In this document: positions 1 to 9,793 of the stretch, in pieces | How positions within the stretch are numbered: the stretch's first letter is position 1 | Layout: every line of letters begins with the position of its first letter | Assembly (NCBI GenBank): GCA_017540175.1 | Contig: JAFYBN010000031.1 | Span: forward strand, 7,481 to 71,480 | Origin: Clostridia bacterium | GTDB lineage: Bacteria > Bacillota > Clostridia > Oscillospirales > CAG-272 | Reading direction: 5' to 3' | DNA length: 64,000 bases | Translations under genes and position numbers: made by a program | Notes under the pieces: generated by a model | Databases searched by the model: none | What the model saw: the letters and a program-made list of their open reading frames with translations, nothing else | What the model was told of the DNA's origin: nothing

Positions 1-1
1 C

Positions 2-1213
2 GGCTTCTGCGGCTTCCACACGACGGACATCACCTGGCACGCCTCGTTCGGGCTGCTTGCGCTCTTTCCCGATCTGCAGCTCGGGCAGATGGAAATGGGC
101 GCGGCGCACCAGCGGGAGGACGGGCGCGTCCACCACTTCTTCACGCCCGATCTCGACCACACGGACAACGGCTTCGACCGCGTGGACATGAACCACCAGT
201 TCGTCGCGATGGTCTGCCGGGATTACCTCTGCACGGGGGACCGGGGATATCTCGAGCGCCTCTGGGTGCCGGTGCAGAAGGCGATGGACTCCATGCTCGC
301 CCTCGATACGGACGGGGACGGCCTGCCCGACCGGGGCACGAAGCGCAACACCTACGACGCGTGGAATTTCTCGGGGACGCCCGCGTATATCTCCGTTCTC
401 TGGATCTCCGCGCTGAAGGCCGCCGCCCTGCTCGCCTCCGTTCTGGGGGACGAAGAAAGGCGGCGCGCGTGGGTAGAGCTGCGCGTCCGCTCACTCGCCT
501 CCCTCGAGAAGCGGCTCTGGAACGGGCGGTACTACAATCTCTGGAAGAGGGACGGCAAAGGAGAGGAAGGCTCCGAGGGCTCCGCTTACGACGCTTCCCT
601 CATGACCGCTCAGCTCGACGGAGAATGGTTCCTCCGGGTCTCGGGCATCGGCGGGAATCTTCGGGACGAGCGGGTGCGTTCGGTGCTTTCAGCCGTGATG
701 GAAAAGAACTACACAAGGGACGGCGGGCTTGTCAACGCGACGCCCGCTGAACCCGTCAGCCTGATGACCTACAAGAACTGTCAGGCGGAGGCAAACTGGA
801 CGGGGATCGGCTACGCCGTCGCCGCCCTCGCCCTCACCGTGGGCGACCGAGAGACAGCGGACAAGCTCGTCGGCACGATCCACGAGAATCAGAAACGGTT
901 CGGCGCGCTGTGGGATCACTGGGAATGCGGCTTCCGCTACACGCGCCCGCTGTCGTCGTGGACCACCATGAACGCGGCGTCCGGTCTCTCCGTGGACGCG
1001 GAGAAGAAGCTCCTCCGGCTCTCCCCCGCCATCCTCCCCCTGACCGTCCCGGTCGTCACCTGCTTCTGCTCGGCAACGGCGGTATTCGGCGAAAAGACCT
1101 GTGTCCTCACCGTGCACGAAGGATCGCTCGAGGGATGGGTCGTCGAGGGCCCGGCGGGGACGACCGTTGAAATCCGGTATGCGGATCCCGACGGGGTGAA
1201 GAGTGAAGGGTGA
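2..1213 (+). CDS. GH116-family glycoside hydrolase, C-terminal catalytic part (5' end outside window)
   Basis: Frame is open from position 2 (GFCGFHTTDITWHASFGLLALFPDLQ). Motifs DTDGDGLPD, NTYDAW, LWNGRYY, AQLDGEW, EANWTG and HWECG..YTRPLSSW match GH116/GBA2-like enzymes. Confidence 0.85.
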   Translation, partial: GFCGFHTTDITWHASFGLLALFPDLQLGQMEMGAAHQREDGRVHHFFTPDLDHTDNGFDRVDMNHQFVAMVCRDYLCTGDRGYLERLWVPVQKAMDSMLALDTDGDGLPDRGTKRNTYDAWNFSGTPAYISVLWISALKAAALLASVLGDEERRRAWVELRVRSLASLEKRLWNGRYYNLWKRDGKGEEGSEGSAYDASLMTAQLDGEWFLRVSGIGGNLRDERVRSVLSAVMEKNYTRDGGLVNATPAEPVSLMTYKNCQAEANWTGIGYAVAALALTVGDRETADKLVGTIHENQKRFGALWDHWECGFRYTRPLSSWTTMNAASGLSVDAEKKLLRLSPAILPLTVPVVTCFCSATAVFGEKTCVLTVHEGSLEGWVVEGPAGTTVEIRYADPDGVKSEG

Positions 1214-1269
1214 CCGGGGAGAGGCGACGCCGAAATCCACCGCGGGCGCTTTTCGACCCATCATTTCTC

Positions 1270-1298
1270 TTGACAGGCATTGTTCGATATGATATACT
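1270..1298 (+). promoter_or_regulatory. sigmaA/sigma70 promoter with extended -10
   Basis: TTGACA (1270-1275), 17 bp, TATACT (1293-1298) with TGn; GGAGG RBS before ATG 1342. Confidence 0.85.
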
Positions 1299-1341
1299 GA
1301 AATAGAAACTAAATCATCAAATCCGTCACGGGAGGTACGCC

Positions 1342-2907
1342 ATGTTTTGTCCAAATTGCGGACGCGCGCTGGAAGAAGGCACGCGCTTCTGCCCGGGATG
1401 CGGCAAGCCGGTTCAGGCAGGAACGCCGGCGCGGAACACGCCGCCCGCCTCTGCCGCCCCGGCCGCCGGACCCTCTCCGACCGCCGGACCCTCTCCGACC
1501 GCCGGACCCTCTCCGACCGCCGGACCCTCTCCCGCGGCTGCTCCGGTGTTCCAGGCAAATCCGGCCGTTCAGACAGCTCCGACCGTTCAGGCAGCCCCGG
1601 CGAACGCGGGGACCGGATGGAGGGCCGCGCAGGCACGGCCTCTCACACCCGAGGAACAGCTTCAGGCGCAGAGGATCGTACAGACACAGCCACTGAATCA
1701 GCCCGCGGCACAAGCGCAGCCGTTCGTTCAGCCGACGGCACAGGTTCAGACACCTGTTCAGCAGCCGTTTGTACAGCCTGCGGCGCAGGCGCAGACTCCG
1801 GTTCAGCCGCCGATGACTCAGCCGAAGCCGTTCGTTCAGCCCGCGGCACAGGTTCAGACTCCGGTTCAGCCGCCGATGACTCAGCCGAAGCCGTTCGTTC
1901 AGCCCGCAGCACAGGTTCAGACTCCGGTTCAGCCGCAGCCGTTTGTTCAGCCTGCAGCGCAGGCGCAGACTCCGGTTCAGCCGCCGATGACTCAGCCGAA
2001 GCCGTTCGTTCAGCCCGCGGCACAGGTTCAGACTCCGGTTCAGCCGCAGCCGTTTGTTCAGCCTGCGGCTCGGCCTCTGCCGCAGGTCCCGCCGCAGATC
2101 ATGCGCTTCGATGCGCTGAAAACAGGCGGAGAAGCGGCGCTCGGGCTGATGGGTGCGGAGATGTCGATCCCGTCCGCGGGCTCGGTCGTCAAAAGCGGCG
2201 TCGGGAGCTTTTTGAGCTCCTTCGTTTCGGTCTTCAAAAGTCCGGCGAAATGGATCCCCGCGGCGGTCCTCGCCGTCGTCTGGATCGTGCTTGCCATTCT
2301 GAAGGTCAAGGGAGTCGACGCCTTCCCCGTGAAGGGTCTGTCGTTTTTGACCTTCGGTGAGGGAGGGCTCGGCGGCGGGATCGTCGGGGTGCTCGGCGGC
2401 ATCGCCGGCAAGGGCGTCGTCGCGGGCGCGCTGGTCGCCCTCGTCGGGCTGTTCACGAAAAAAAGCTCCGACCGCTCCGGTCGCTCCGGCGGCGCGAAAT
2501 CCTCGCCGAGGGACCTCTTCGGCGTGAACGGGCAAACCGTGGGCGCGTATCTCACAGGGATGGGGGCCGCCGTGCTTCTCTATCTCTTCTTCTCGGGCGT
2601 GAACACCCGCTTCGCGTTCATGTGCGGGGTGGCGGCGTGCTTCCTCGCGGTGAGAGCCGCGATCGGAAACGGATTTTTAAAGAGCTTCCTTGAGGCTCTG
2701 ACCTCGAAGGGCAAAGCGTTTGCCTCCCCGACGGCGTCCGCCCTGATCGGCGGGCTTGCCGCGGGCTTTGCCGCGGCGGCGCTCCTCGGACTTCTGAACA
2801 TTCCCCTGATCCACTGGATCGCGGGCGGAGTCCTCTTCGTCGGCGGGATCGTTCTCATGATCGTTTTGGGTACTCAGAACCGCGGAAAGGAGGGTTGGGC
2901 GGCATGA
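1342..2907 (+). CDS. zinc-ribbon protein with Pro/Gln-rich linker and multi-pass C-terminal membrane domain
   Basis: N-terminal MFCPNCG..FCPGCG zinc ribbon, ~220 aa of P/Q/A repeats, several hydrophobic Gly-rich helices; RBS and promoter upstream. Confidence 0.85.
   Translation: MFCPNCGRALEEGTRFCPGCGKPVQAGTPARNTPPASAAPAAGPSPTAGPSPTAGPSPTAGPSPAAAPVFQANPAVQTAPTVQAAPANAGTGWRAAQARPLTPEEQLQAQRIVQTQPLNQPAAQAQPFVQPTAQVQTPVQQPFVQPAAQAQTPVQPPMTQPKPFVQPAAQVQTPVQPPMTQPKPFVQPAAQVQTPVQPQPFVQPAAQAQTPVQPPMTQPKPFVQPAAQVQTPVQPQPFVQPAARPLPQVPPQIMRFDALKTGGEAALGLMGAEMSIPSAGSVVKSGVGSFLSSFVSVFKSPAKWIPAAVLAVVWIVLAILKVKGVDAFPVKGLSFLTFGEGGLGGGIVGVLGGIAGKGVVAGALVALVGLFTKKSSDRSGRSGGAKSSPRDLFGVNGQTVGAYLTGMGAAVLLYLFFSGVNTRFAFMCGVAACFLAVRAAIGNGFLKSFLEALTSKGKAFASPTASALIGGLAAGFAAAALLGLLNIPLIHWIAGGVLFVGGIVLMIVLGTQNRGKEGWAA
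1465..1536 (+). repeat. 18-bp in-frame tandem repeat x4 (AGPSPT)
   Basis: gccggaccctctccgacc at 1465, 1483, 1501 and a variant copy at 1519. Confidence 0.95.
1699..2070 (+). repeat. in-frame tandem repeats of 63-bp and 48-bp units (PFVQPAAQVQTPVQP[PMTQPK])
   Basis: Repeated ccgttcgttcagcccgcggcacaggttcagactccggttcagccg blocks; repeat is also visible in the translation. Confidence 0.9.
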
Positions 2908-5900
2908 AAAGGACGAACAGGCGCATCCTTGCGCGCGTACTGCTGGCACTCTTCCTTTGTCCCCTTCTCTGTCTGCCCGTCTTCGCGGCCGACACGAGCC
3001 TGCCCGGCGGGTATATCACGCAGGGTACCGGAGGCTCCAAGCCGTTCGAATACGATTACCCCTCCACTTACTTCGATCTCGAAAAGGAGCTGACGCAGGA
3101 GGATCTCACGGGCGCGGACGGGTATTTCCTGCAGCTCGAGGGAGCGCGGAGCGATTTTCTCGAGCGCTTCATCGCCGCCAACATCGACGACGGCTCGCAT
3201 ACCTTCATCGGTACGGGCTGGACCGGCGCGTCCGACTGGGATCCGTACGTGGACTGGACCCGGACGCCGAGTATGACGGAGGCGTGCAGGATCGAAGGGC
3301 TGTACACCTACGACGTCTACCAGCCCGCAAACCTGACCGTAACAAAGAAGGACGGGGGCGAGGATTACCATTACGAAGGTCACTACGGCCCCAGCAGAAT
3401 GGAAGAGGCGTACGGGATCACATCCACCGACCGGGACGGCAATCCGGTCTACGGGAACTATATCATCAATTACAGAGTCACCATGCGGTGCGAGGTGGAT
3501 CTCAAAAACATCGTGTTCGAACGGGACGGCATCTACGTCGACATGGAGGGCACCCAGTGGGCGAGGGGCGCGATATCCGAAACTCTGAAACAGAACGCGC
3601 AGACGAAGGAGATCCCCGTGGAGGAGCAGACGATCTCCGCGCGAAAGGTCCCCGGCGTGCTTTTCCTCGACGAGGCTTCGGGTTATCCGATGATCTCTTT
3701 CTCCAGCAGCGACCTTACCCTTTATTTCCGCGTGATGGGCGTGCTCCCGGGCGCGGGCGGTCCGGTGCAGAGCGTCACCCATCAGGCCGAGGCGGAAGCT
3801 GGTGAGGACGAAGGCGTCGACATCTCGACCTCCATCGTGGAGGGAAGAAATGAGACGGGCGGCATCGGCGTACCCGCCGCGATCGCGGTGGGCGTCGGAG
3901 GCGCAGCGGCGGCTGCCGCGGGCGCCGCGGCGGCGACTGGCTCCGGCTCGGGTTCGGGCGACGAGAAGAGAAAGCGATACCGGATGCTCGTCTCGAAGGA
4001 CTTCGGCGACGCGATCCGGAGGGGCGGCAAGCCCGTGACGGTGCGGGCGCGCATCGTGGAGATCGATCCGTCCGGCGCGCAGCGCGACCGCCCTGATCTG
4101 AACGCGAAGATCAGCGTGATGAGCGAGGAGCTGGACGTCCACAGCGCGGCGCTGTCCGGACGATACGTTGAAGCGACGGTGAGCGCGCCGGAGAACGCCG
4201 AAGGAAATCAGGCGACCTTGACCTTCATCTTTGACGGACCCGGCGGGCAGTTCCACAACAATATCATCTTCAGGCTCGTGGACGGTCCCTCCCTCTGCTT
4301 CACTTACGAGGAGGTACCCGGACAGCTCACTCTGACCCACGAAAACTGCGGCATCGACGCCATCCCCGGCGACGGCTTCACCTACAGTGAGAAATTCGTG
4401 ATCGCGGACGCGGTGTACGAACCGGAGCTCTCCGATATCTCGGCGACTGCGGCACAGGGGCTCGACATCAGCTTCGCAAAGACCGGGACGCCGTTCTGCT
4501 ATCAGCTGACCGTAAAGAACAACACGCCTCCCGGACCGAAGCACGACGTCTTCGCCCAGAGAGAGGAGCGCAAATTCGAGATCACCGTGCTCGTCAAGGA
4601 CGAAAGGGAACCGCTGAAGGGCTACGTCTCCGTGTACCTCTATCCCGAAGGGATCACGGTCGACTCGGACATGAAGGGCGAGAAGAAGGGCGTGAAATAC
4701 GTCCGCCTGCAGTCCTATGAAAAAGAGAACGCGGGCGCGCTCGACCGGAAGTGGCAGGCTTCGCAGATGACCGTCACGTTCGCGGTCAAGGGCGAGAACC
4801 GGGCGATCATCAACCCGAGATCCATGGAAGTCCATGCGGAAGCGCTGCGGGGCGCGGGAGGGCTCGGCACGACGGCTGCCAAGGAAGATACCATCGTCGA
4901 AAAGTACAAATACACGGCGGGCGGCACCTTCTTGAACGACCGGTACATCTTCCAGGTCGAGCCCGGTTCCCTCCTTTACGAGCCGGACAACGGCACGTTC
5001 TTCATGAGCATTCTGCCCGTTTACGCGGAGTACGACGGGCGGCGGTATGACGCGGATATCCCCCTGAGACTGCGCGGCAAGGACCCCGACCCGATGGAGG
5101 AGTGGAACAAGGAATACGAAAAGACCCGTTCCCGCATCGAGCGGTTCAGCCTGCCCGGCGAGAAAGCCGTTCAGCTCATGAAGCTCGAGGAAATCGCCGT
5201 CCACGATCAGCTCAAGATCTCCGTGACCGAGCTCCGCCTGATGAGCAAGGACATCGTCCGGGGGTACATGGAGTACTGGACGGAGCAGCATTCGAAGGAC
5301 GAGTGGAACGCGAAAGCGCTCGACTGGGCAGTATGGGGACTCGAATGGGTCAAGTGGATCGGCGACTGCGCCTTCTCCATCGTCGTCAGCGCTTACACGG
5401 GTCCGCTGGAAGCGATCATTTCCCCTGCGAAGGACGTGCTTGTGAGCGCCATCGGCGAGGTCGGGGTCAACATCGTCTGGGGCACGAAATTCAACGTTGA
5501 AAATCTCGAGATCGCCAAGGCCATCAAGAGCGCGGGCGACAACTTCGTCTCGGGCGGCGCAGCCGAAGGCATCACCTGGCTCGCGTCCTCCGGCATGTCG
5601 AATCCCCAGCAGATCAAGTACGCCTGCTACATCATCGGGGGATATTTCGTCTTCGCGGTCTTTAACAATTACCTTCAGCAGCTGGAGGAGGGCAAGAACG
5701 ACTTCTGGGGCGCGATCATGTCGGCGTTCTCCGACCTGACCGGTCTCGCGCTCAAAGTCGCTGCGAGCATGCTCTTCAAGAAGTGGCTGGACAGCGAGAC
5801 CTTCAAGGAAAAAACCGGTCCGGCGATCCAGAAGTGGATGCAGAAGCATTTCGGCGACAATCTGACGGATCAGAAATTCAATCTCGAGGCGGAATACAAC

Positions 5901-6299
5901 GCGAACCAGCAGACCTACGGTATATTCACCCTGAAGGACAGCATCCTCGACGTCGACGTGGAGGTCACGCGCGCGGGCATCGTGGAATCGTATCTGACCG
6001 GACTTCTCGGCGAAGGCGTGAGCTACTGCTACGACAACCCCGAAAAGGCCCAGAAGCGCATCTTCTGGCGCAACCCCGCCGGAGAGTTCATGTTTACCTT
6101 CGGGATCCAGCTCGCGGCAGAGGCCGAGGAGAGTCCCGCCGCCGTGACGACCGCGTGCGACATCAATCTCTCAAAGGGCCTCGTGAACACGTCGAGCCAA
6201 TTCTTCTCGTGGTTTTACGATCTCTTCTTCAAGGGTCTCCCCGCGGCGCCCGCGCCCATCGAGATCCCGAAGGACCCGCCGCTGCCGCAGAAATCATGA
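2904..6299 (+). CDS. large hypothetical membrane protein (signal peptide, internal TM helix, ~780-aa C-terminal region)
   Basis: ATGA overlap with upstream stop and AGGAGG RBS. Signal peptide MKRTNRR..LPVFA; Gly/Ala TM IGVPAAIAVGVGGAAAAAAGAAAA followed by DEKRKR. No family recognised. Confidence 0.8.
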   Translation: MKRTNRRILARVLLALFLCPLLCLPVFAADTSLPGGYITQGTGGSKPFEYDYPSTYFDLEKELTQEDLTGADGYFLQLEGARSDFLERFIAANIDDGSHTFIGTGWTGASDWDPYVDWTRTPSMTEACRIEGLYTYDVYQPANLTVTKKDGGEDYHYEGHYGPSRMEEAYGITSTDRDGNPVYGNYIINYRVTMRCEVDLKNIVFERDGIYVDMEGTQWARGAISETLKQNAQTKEIPVEEQTISARKVPGVLFLDEASGYPMISFSSSDLTLYFRVMGVLPGAGGPVQSVTHQAEAEAGEDEGVDISTSIVEGRNETGGIGVPAAIAVGVGGAAAAAAGAAAATGSGSGSGDEKRKRYRMLVSKDFGDAIRRGGKPVTVRARIVEIDPSGAQRDRPDLNAKISVMSEELDVHSAALSGRYVEATVSAPENAEGNQATLTFIFDGPGGQFHNNIIFRLVDGPSLCFTYEEVPGQLTLTHENCGIDAIPGDGFTYSEKFVIADAVYEPELSDISATAAQGLDISFAKTGTPFCYQLTVKNNTPPGPKHDVFAQREERKFEITVLVKDEREPLKGYVSVYLYPEGITVDSDMKGEKKGVKYVRLQSYEKENAGALDRKWQASQMTVTFAVKGENRAIINPRSMEVHAEALRGAGGLGTTAAKEDTIVEKYKYTAGGTFLNDRYIFQVEPGSLLYEPDNGTFFMSILPVYAEYDGRRYDADIPLRLRGKDPDPMEEWNKEYEKTRSRIERFSLPGEKAVQLMKLEEIAVHDQLKISVTELRLMSKDIVRGYMEYWTEQHSKDEWNAKALDWAVWGLEWVKWIGDCAFSIVVSAYTGPLEAIISPAKDVLVSAIGEVGVNIVWGTKFNVENLEIAKAIKSAGDNFVSGGAAEGITWLASSGMSNPQQIKYACYIIGGYFVFAVFNNYLQQLEEGKNDFWGAIMSAFSDLTGLALKVAASMLFKKWLDSETFKEKTGPAIQKWMQKHFGDNLTDQKFNLEAEYNANQQTYGIFTLKDSILDVDVEVTRAGIVESYLTGLLGEGVSYCYDNPEKAQKRIFWRNPAGEFMFTFGIQLAAEAEESPAAVTTACDINLSKGLVNTSSQFFSWFYDLFFKGLPAAPAPIEIPKDPPLPQKS

Positions 6300-6330
6300 G
6301 CGGCGCGGTGCGGACATCAGCAATACGCGC

Positions 6331-6368
6331 GATCCCCGGAGACAAGTCCGTTCTCCGGGGATCTTTTT
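6331..6368 (+). terminator. intrinsic terminator
   Basis: gatccccggaga-loop-tctccggggatc followed by ttttt. Confidence 0.8.
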
Positions 6369-6461
6369 CGGAGGGAAACCGCACGCCGAAAAGGGCTCTC
6401 CGGGGATTCCCGTGTTCCGCGCCCGGGGCGGCCCGGGCCGCCGCTTTTTCTCCGGCACGTC

Positions 6462-6490
6462 TTGACAGCCCGCCGCCGATGTGGTAGAAT
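6462..6490 (+). promoter_or_regulatory. sigmaA promoter
   Basis: TTGACA, 17 bp, TAGAAT with TGn. Confidence 0.8.
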
Positions 6491-6543
6491 CGTTTCGGTC
6501 AAGCGGTGCTGAGAGCCGCACAGCGAAAGGACGTGACATTTTT

Positions 6544-7413
6544 ATGACTTATACGGGACCGATGCGCTTTGCGCACAGGGGTGTCGCGCAGGCGGCGCCC
6601 GAAAACACCGTCGGCGCGTTTCAGGCGGCGGTCGACGCGGGATATGAGGGGATCGAGCTGGACATCCGCCTCTCAAAGGACGGGGAGATCGTCGTCTGCC
6701 ACGACAGCCATTTCTCCCGCCTGACCTGCGGGCACCCTACGAAGTACACGATCCGCCATCTCGCGGACATGACCTGGGAAGAGCTCAGCGAAATCGAGCT
6801 GCCCTACGCGCTCCATCTTCTGCCCCGTGAACTGTCGCCCTATACGGAGAACGAAACGCTCGCCACCCTCCCGTGGAAGATGCTCGGAGACTACGAAAAG
6901 GCATATGCGGAGGAGCCCCGCATGGCGCGCCTGATGCGTTTTTCCGATTTCGACCGCTGGCTCTCGGAACAGACAGGCGGGATCACGGTCGAGGTGGAGT
7001 TCTGCGCGCCCGGCATGATGCCGCGGATGCTCGAGCTGCTCGACGTCTCCCCGAACCGGGAGCGCTACATCCTCTTTTCCGGGCACAAGGACATCCTCAA
7101 TGAAATGCAGAACGCCTGCCGCGCGCTCGGCAAGCCGAAGGACGTGCGGCTCGGCGCGAACATCCGCCGGCTCACGCCGGAAAACAAGGCGTATATCCGC
7201 AATCTCGATCTCTGGGAGGTCGGACTGAACGACCGGCAGTACACCCGGGAAGACGTGGAATATCTCGGGGAGCGGGGGATCGCCGTGTTCTCCAATCTCG
7301 GCGATTATCCGCTCTGGTGGGAGGAAATGTGCTCGACGGGCGCGGTCGGCTTCAAGACCAACTACGCCGAAGCCTTCACCGCCTGGTGGGAGAAGAAACA
7401 GACGGCCCGGTAA
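6544..7413 (+). CDS. glycerophosphodiester phosphodiesterase family protein
   Basis: FAHRG, PENT, GIELDIRLSKDGEIVVCHD motifs. Start placed at the ATG downstream of the promoter. Confidence 0.9.
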   Translation: MTYTGPMRFAHRGVAQAAPENTVGAFQAAVDAGYEGIELDIRLSKDGEIVVCHDSHFSRLTCGHPTKYTIRHLADMTWEELSEIELPYALHLLPRELSPYTENETLATLPWKMLGDYEKAYAEEPRMARLMRFSDFDRWLSEQTGGITVEVEFCAPGMMPRMLELLDVSPNRERYILFSGHKDILNEMQNACRALGKPKDVRLGANIRRLTPENKAYIRNLDLWEVGLNDRQYTREDVEYLGERGIAVFSNLGDYPLWWEEMCSTGAVGFKTNYAEAFTAWWEKKQTAR

Positions 7414-7519
7414 AACCCGTGCGGGAGACAACGCGCGGCGGGGTGAGGGAATACGGCGCGACCCTTAGAAAACCGCCGCAAATACGGACATTCACACAAA
7501 ACTTCATCGGAGGAGCATC

Positions 7520-8086
7520 ATGAAAACTTTGAATACCATTCAAACCCTGTCGAAAATCGGCAAAATCATCTCCAAGGTCATCCGCATTCTTTGTATTGTA
7601 GGCTTCTGCCTCTGCGTCGTCGGGATCGCGAGTTTTGCGTTCGTGGGGGACGGCATCCAGGTGGGCGGCGTCACCGTGCGCGGCCTCGTCGAGAAGGAAG
7701 CCGACATTACCGTGCCGACCGTCTACGCGGCGATGGCGACCGGAGCCGTTTTCTGCGCGGCGGAAGCCGTGCTGTGCGCCTTTGCCGAGCGATATTTCAA
7801 AAACGAGCTCGCCGACGGTGTGCCCTTTACCCTGCGCGGCTCGAAGGAGCTGACAAGGCTCGGCGTTCTGACGATCGTCATCCCGCTCTGCGCGACCGTC
7901 GTCTGCTCGATCGGCGGGGCGATCGCGGCGCATTTCTACCCCGAACTCAAAGAACTGGATTACGGCAGCGGCGCGTCCGTCGGGCTCGGCGTGATGATGA
8001 TCGTGACCGCGCTGATCTGCCGCCACGGCGCGGAGCTGACCGAGGCAGGGGCGGAGAACGCCCTGCCGACGGCATACCGCGAATAA
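7520..8086 (+). CDS. 4-TM membrane protein (DUF2975-like)
   Basis: GGAGGAG RBS, four hydrophobic segments, G(V)PFT motif and C-terminal ALICRHGAEL. Confidence 0.7.
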   Translation: MKTLNTIQTLSKIGKIISKVIRILCIVGFCLCVVGIASFAFVGDGIQVGGVTVRGLVEKEADITVPTVYAAMATGAVFCAAEAVLCAFAERYFKNELADGVPFTLRGSKELTRLGVLTIVIPLCATVVCSIGGAIAAHFYPELKELDYGSGASVGLGVMMIVTALICRHGAELTEAGAENALPTAYRE

Positions 8087-8141
8087 AAGCGCCGGAGTAC
8101 GCCCAGGACCGCGGGCCGGGCGGCGCGGAAAGGTGTGAAAC

Positions 8142-8789
8142 ATGGCGTTTGATTTCAAAAAAGAGTACAAAGAGTTTTACCTGCCGAAAGCCGGACCCGC
8201 CATCGTGACGGTGCCGCGCATGAACTATGCCGCCGTCCGCGGCAAGGGCGACCCGAACCGGGAGGAAAGCGGCTATTCCGCCGCCGTCGGGGTGCTCTAC
8301 GCCGTCTCCTATACCCTCAAAATGAGCAAAATAGGCGATCACCGAATCGAGGGATATTTCGATTACGTCGTCCCGCCGCTCGAGGGCTTCTGGCGGCAGG
8401 CGGGCGCAGCCGGCATCGATTACGCGCACAAGGAGAAGTTCGAATGGATCTCCGTCATCCGCCTGCCGGATTTCGTAACGAAGGCGGATTTCGAATGGGC
8501 GGTCGGGGAAGCGGAGCGGAAAAAGAAAATCCCCTGCTCCGCGGCGGAATTTCTCACCGTCGAGGAGGGGCTGTGCGTCCAGTGCCTGCACCTCGGTCCC
8601 TATGACGGCGAGCCCGCGACGGTGGACCTCATGCACCTCTTTGCCGCGGAACACGGATACGAGCAGGACTTCACCGACGAGCGGCTTCACCACGAGATCT
8701 ATCTGAGCGACCCGCGCAAAACCGCCCCCGACAAGCTGAAAACCGTGATCCGGCACCCCGTGCGCCCGACCGGAAGCGGCGCGGTGTGA
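8142..8789 (+). CDS. GyrI-like small-molecule-binding protein
   Basis: DFKKEYKEFY, YVVPPLEGFW, HLGPYDGE, HHEIYLSDPRK..KLKTVIRHP. Confidence 0.9.
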   Translation: MAFDFKKEYKEFYLPKAGPAIVTVPRMNYAAVRGKGDPNREESGYSAAVGVLYAVSYTLKMSKIGDHRIEGYFDYVVPPLEGFWRQAGAAGIDYAHKEKFEWISVIRLPDFVTKADFEWAVGEAERKKKIPCSAAEFLTVEEGLCVQCLHLGPYDGEPATVDLMHLFAAEHGYEQDFTDERLHHEIYLSDPRKTAPDKLKTVIRHPVRPTGSGAV

Positions 8790-8799
8790 GGAGGAACGC

Positions 8800-9483
8800 A
8801 TGCGGATCCTTGTTCTGAACGGCAGTCCCAAAAAAGAAAAAAGCGATACCCTGCTCGTCACCCGGGCGTTCCTTGAAGGGATGAACGAGGCGGCGCGGCA
8901 GGACATCGAGCTGATCCACGTCGTCGACCGGCACATTGAATACTGCACCGGCTGTTTTTCCTGCATGCGAAACGGCGGAACCTGCATGCTCGGAGACGAC
9001 ATGGGCGGAATCCTTGAAGAAATCCTGAGAAGCGATCTTCTGCTCTGGAGCTTCCCGCTCTACTGTTACGGCATGCCCGCGCCGCTCAAGGCCCTGCTCG
9101 ACCGGACGCTTCCCCTCTCTTCCATGGCGATGAAGAAGGTCGGGGAACGCTATGAGCACGTCGGGCAGGCGGACGTCTCCCATCTGCGCTGCGCGATGAT
9201 CTGCGGCTGCGGCTTTCCGAACGCGAAGCACAATTTCGAGCCCGCCGCGGCACAGTTCCGGCTGTGCTTCCCCGGCGATCCTCTGATCCTGACCGTTCCA
9301 GAATGCCCGATGTTCGGCGCGCCGGAGGCGGAGGCTGTGACGGGACCGCGGCTCGCGCTGGTACGGGAAGCCGGGCGTCGGTTTGCCTCGGCAGGTTCGG
9401 TCGACGAAGCGCTGCTCAAAAAGATCGCCTCGCCCATGATCCCGGAGGAACAGTACGCCGCCATCGTGAACGCGGGCGTCTGA
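8800..9483 (+). CDS. flavodoxin family / NADPH-dependent FMN reductase (iron-sulfur flavoprotein-like)
   Basis: LNGSPK, CTGCFSC..C, DDM, FPLY, KALLDR. Confidence 0.85.
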   Translation: MRILVLNGSPKKEKSDTLLVTRAFLEGMNEAARQDIELIHVVDRHIEYCTGCFSCMRNGGTCMLGDDMGGILEEILRSDLLLWSFPLYCYGMPAPLKALLDRTLPLSSMAMKKVGERYEHVGQADVSHLRCAMICGCGFPNAKHNFEPAAAQFRLCFPGDPLILTVPECPMFGAPEAEAVTGPRLALVREAGRRFASAGSVDEALLKKIASPMIPEEQYAAIVNAGV

Positions 9484-9530
9484 ATCGGGGAAAACGAGAA
9501 TCAAAACTGTGCATACCGTCAAATAGCGAA

Positions 9531-9573
9531 GAAGGGGCCTCGTTTTCCGAGCGAAAACGAACAGCCCCTTTTT
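9531..9573 (+). terminator. intrinsic terminator
   Basis: aaggggc..tcgttttc-loop-gaaaacga..gcccctttttt imperfect stem with T tail. Confidence 0.6.
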
Positions 9574-9793
9574 GGTGTCTGTCCGATTCCGACAGACCCG
9601 CGCCCCGTTCCGAATTGTTTTGTGCCGTTCCTGCCTCGGGTATAAGCCCCGATAGCCGCCGCAGGTCGAATGGATGGGGTCGTCGGATGTATTTTTACAC
9701 AATCCGGGCAGAAATTTACAAATTGCGCTTTTTTCTTTCCCGCAAGGGGCGTACAATGGGATCTGAAGAAATTCGCTTCCGGAGGGTGCATCC

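Noticed and set aside
2874-5849. 991-aa minus-strand ORF
   Set aside because: Shadow of the plus-strand gene, which has an RBS, translational coupling and a signal peptide.
7414-7519. Possible riboswitch upstream of the membrane protein gene
   Set aside because: Only a generic GC hairpin (gcggcgg...ccgccgc); no aptamer consensus that I recognise.
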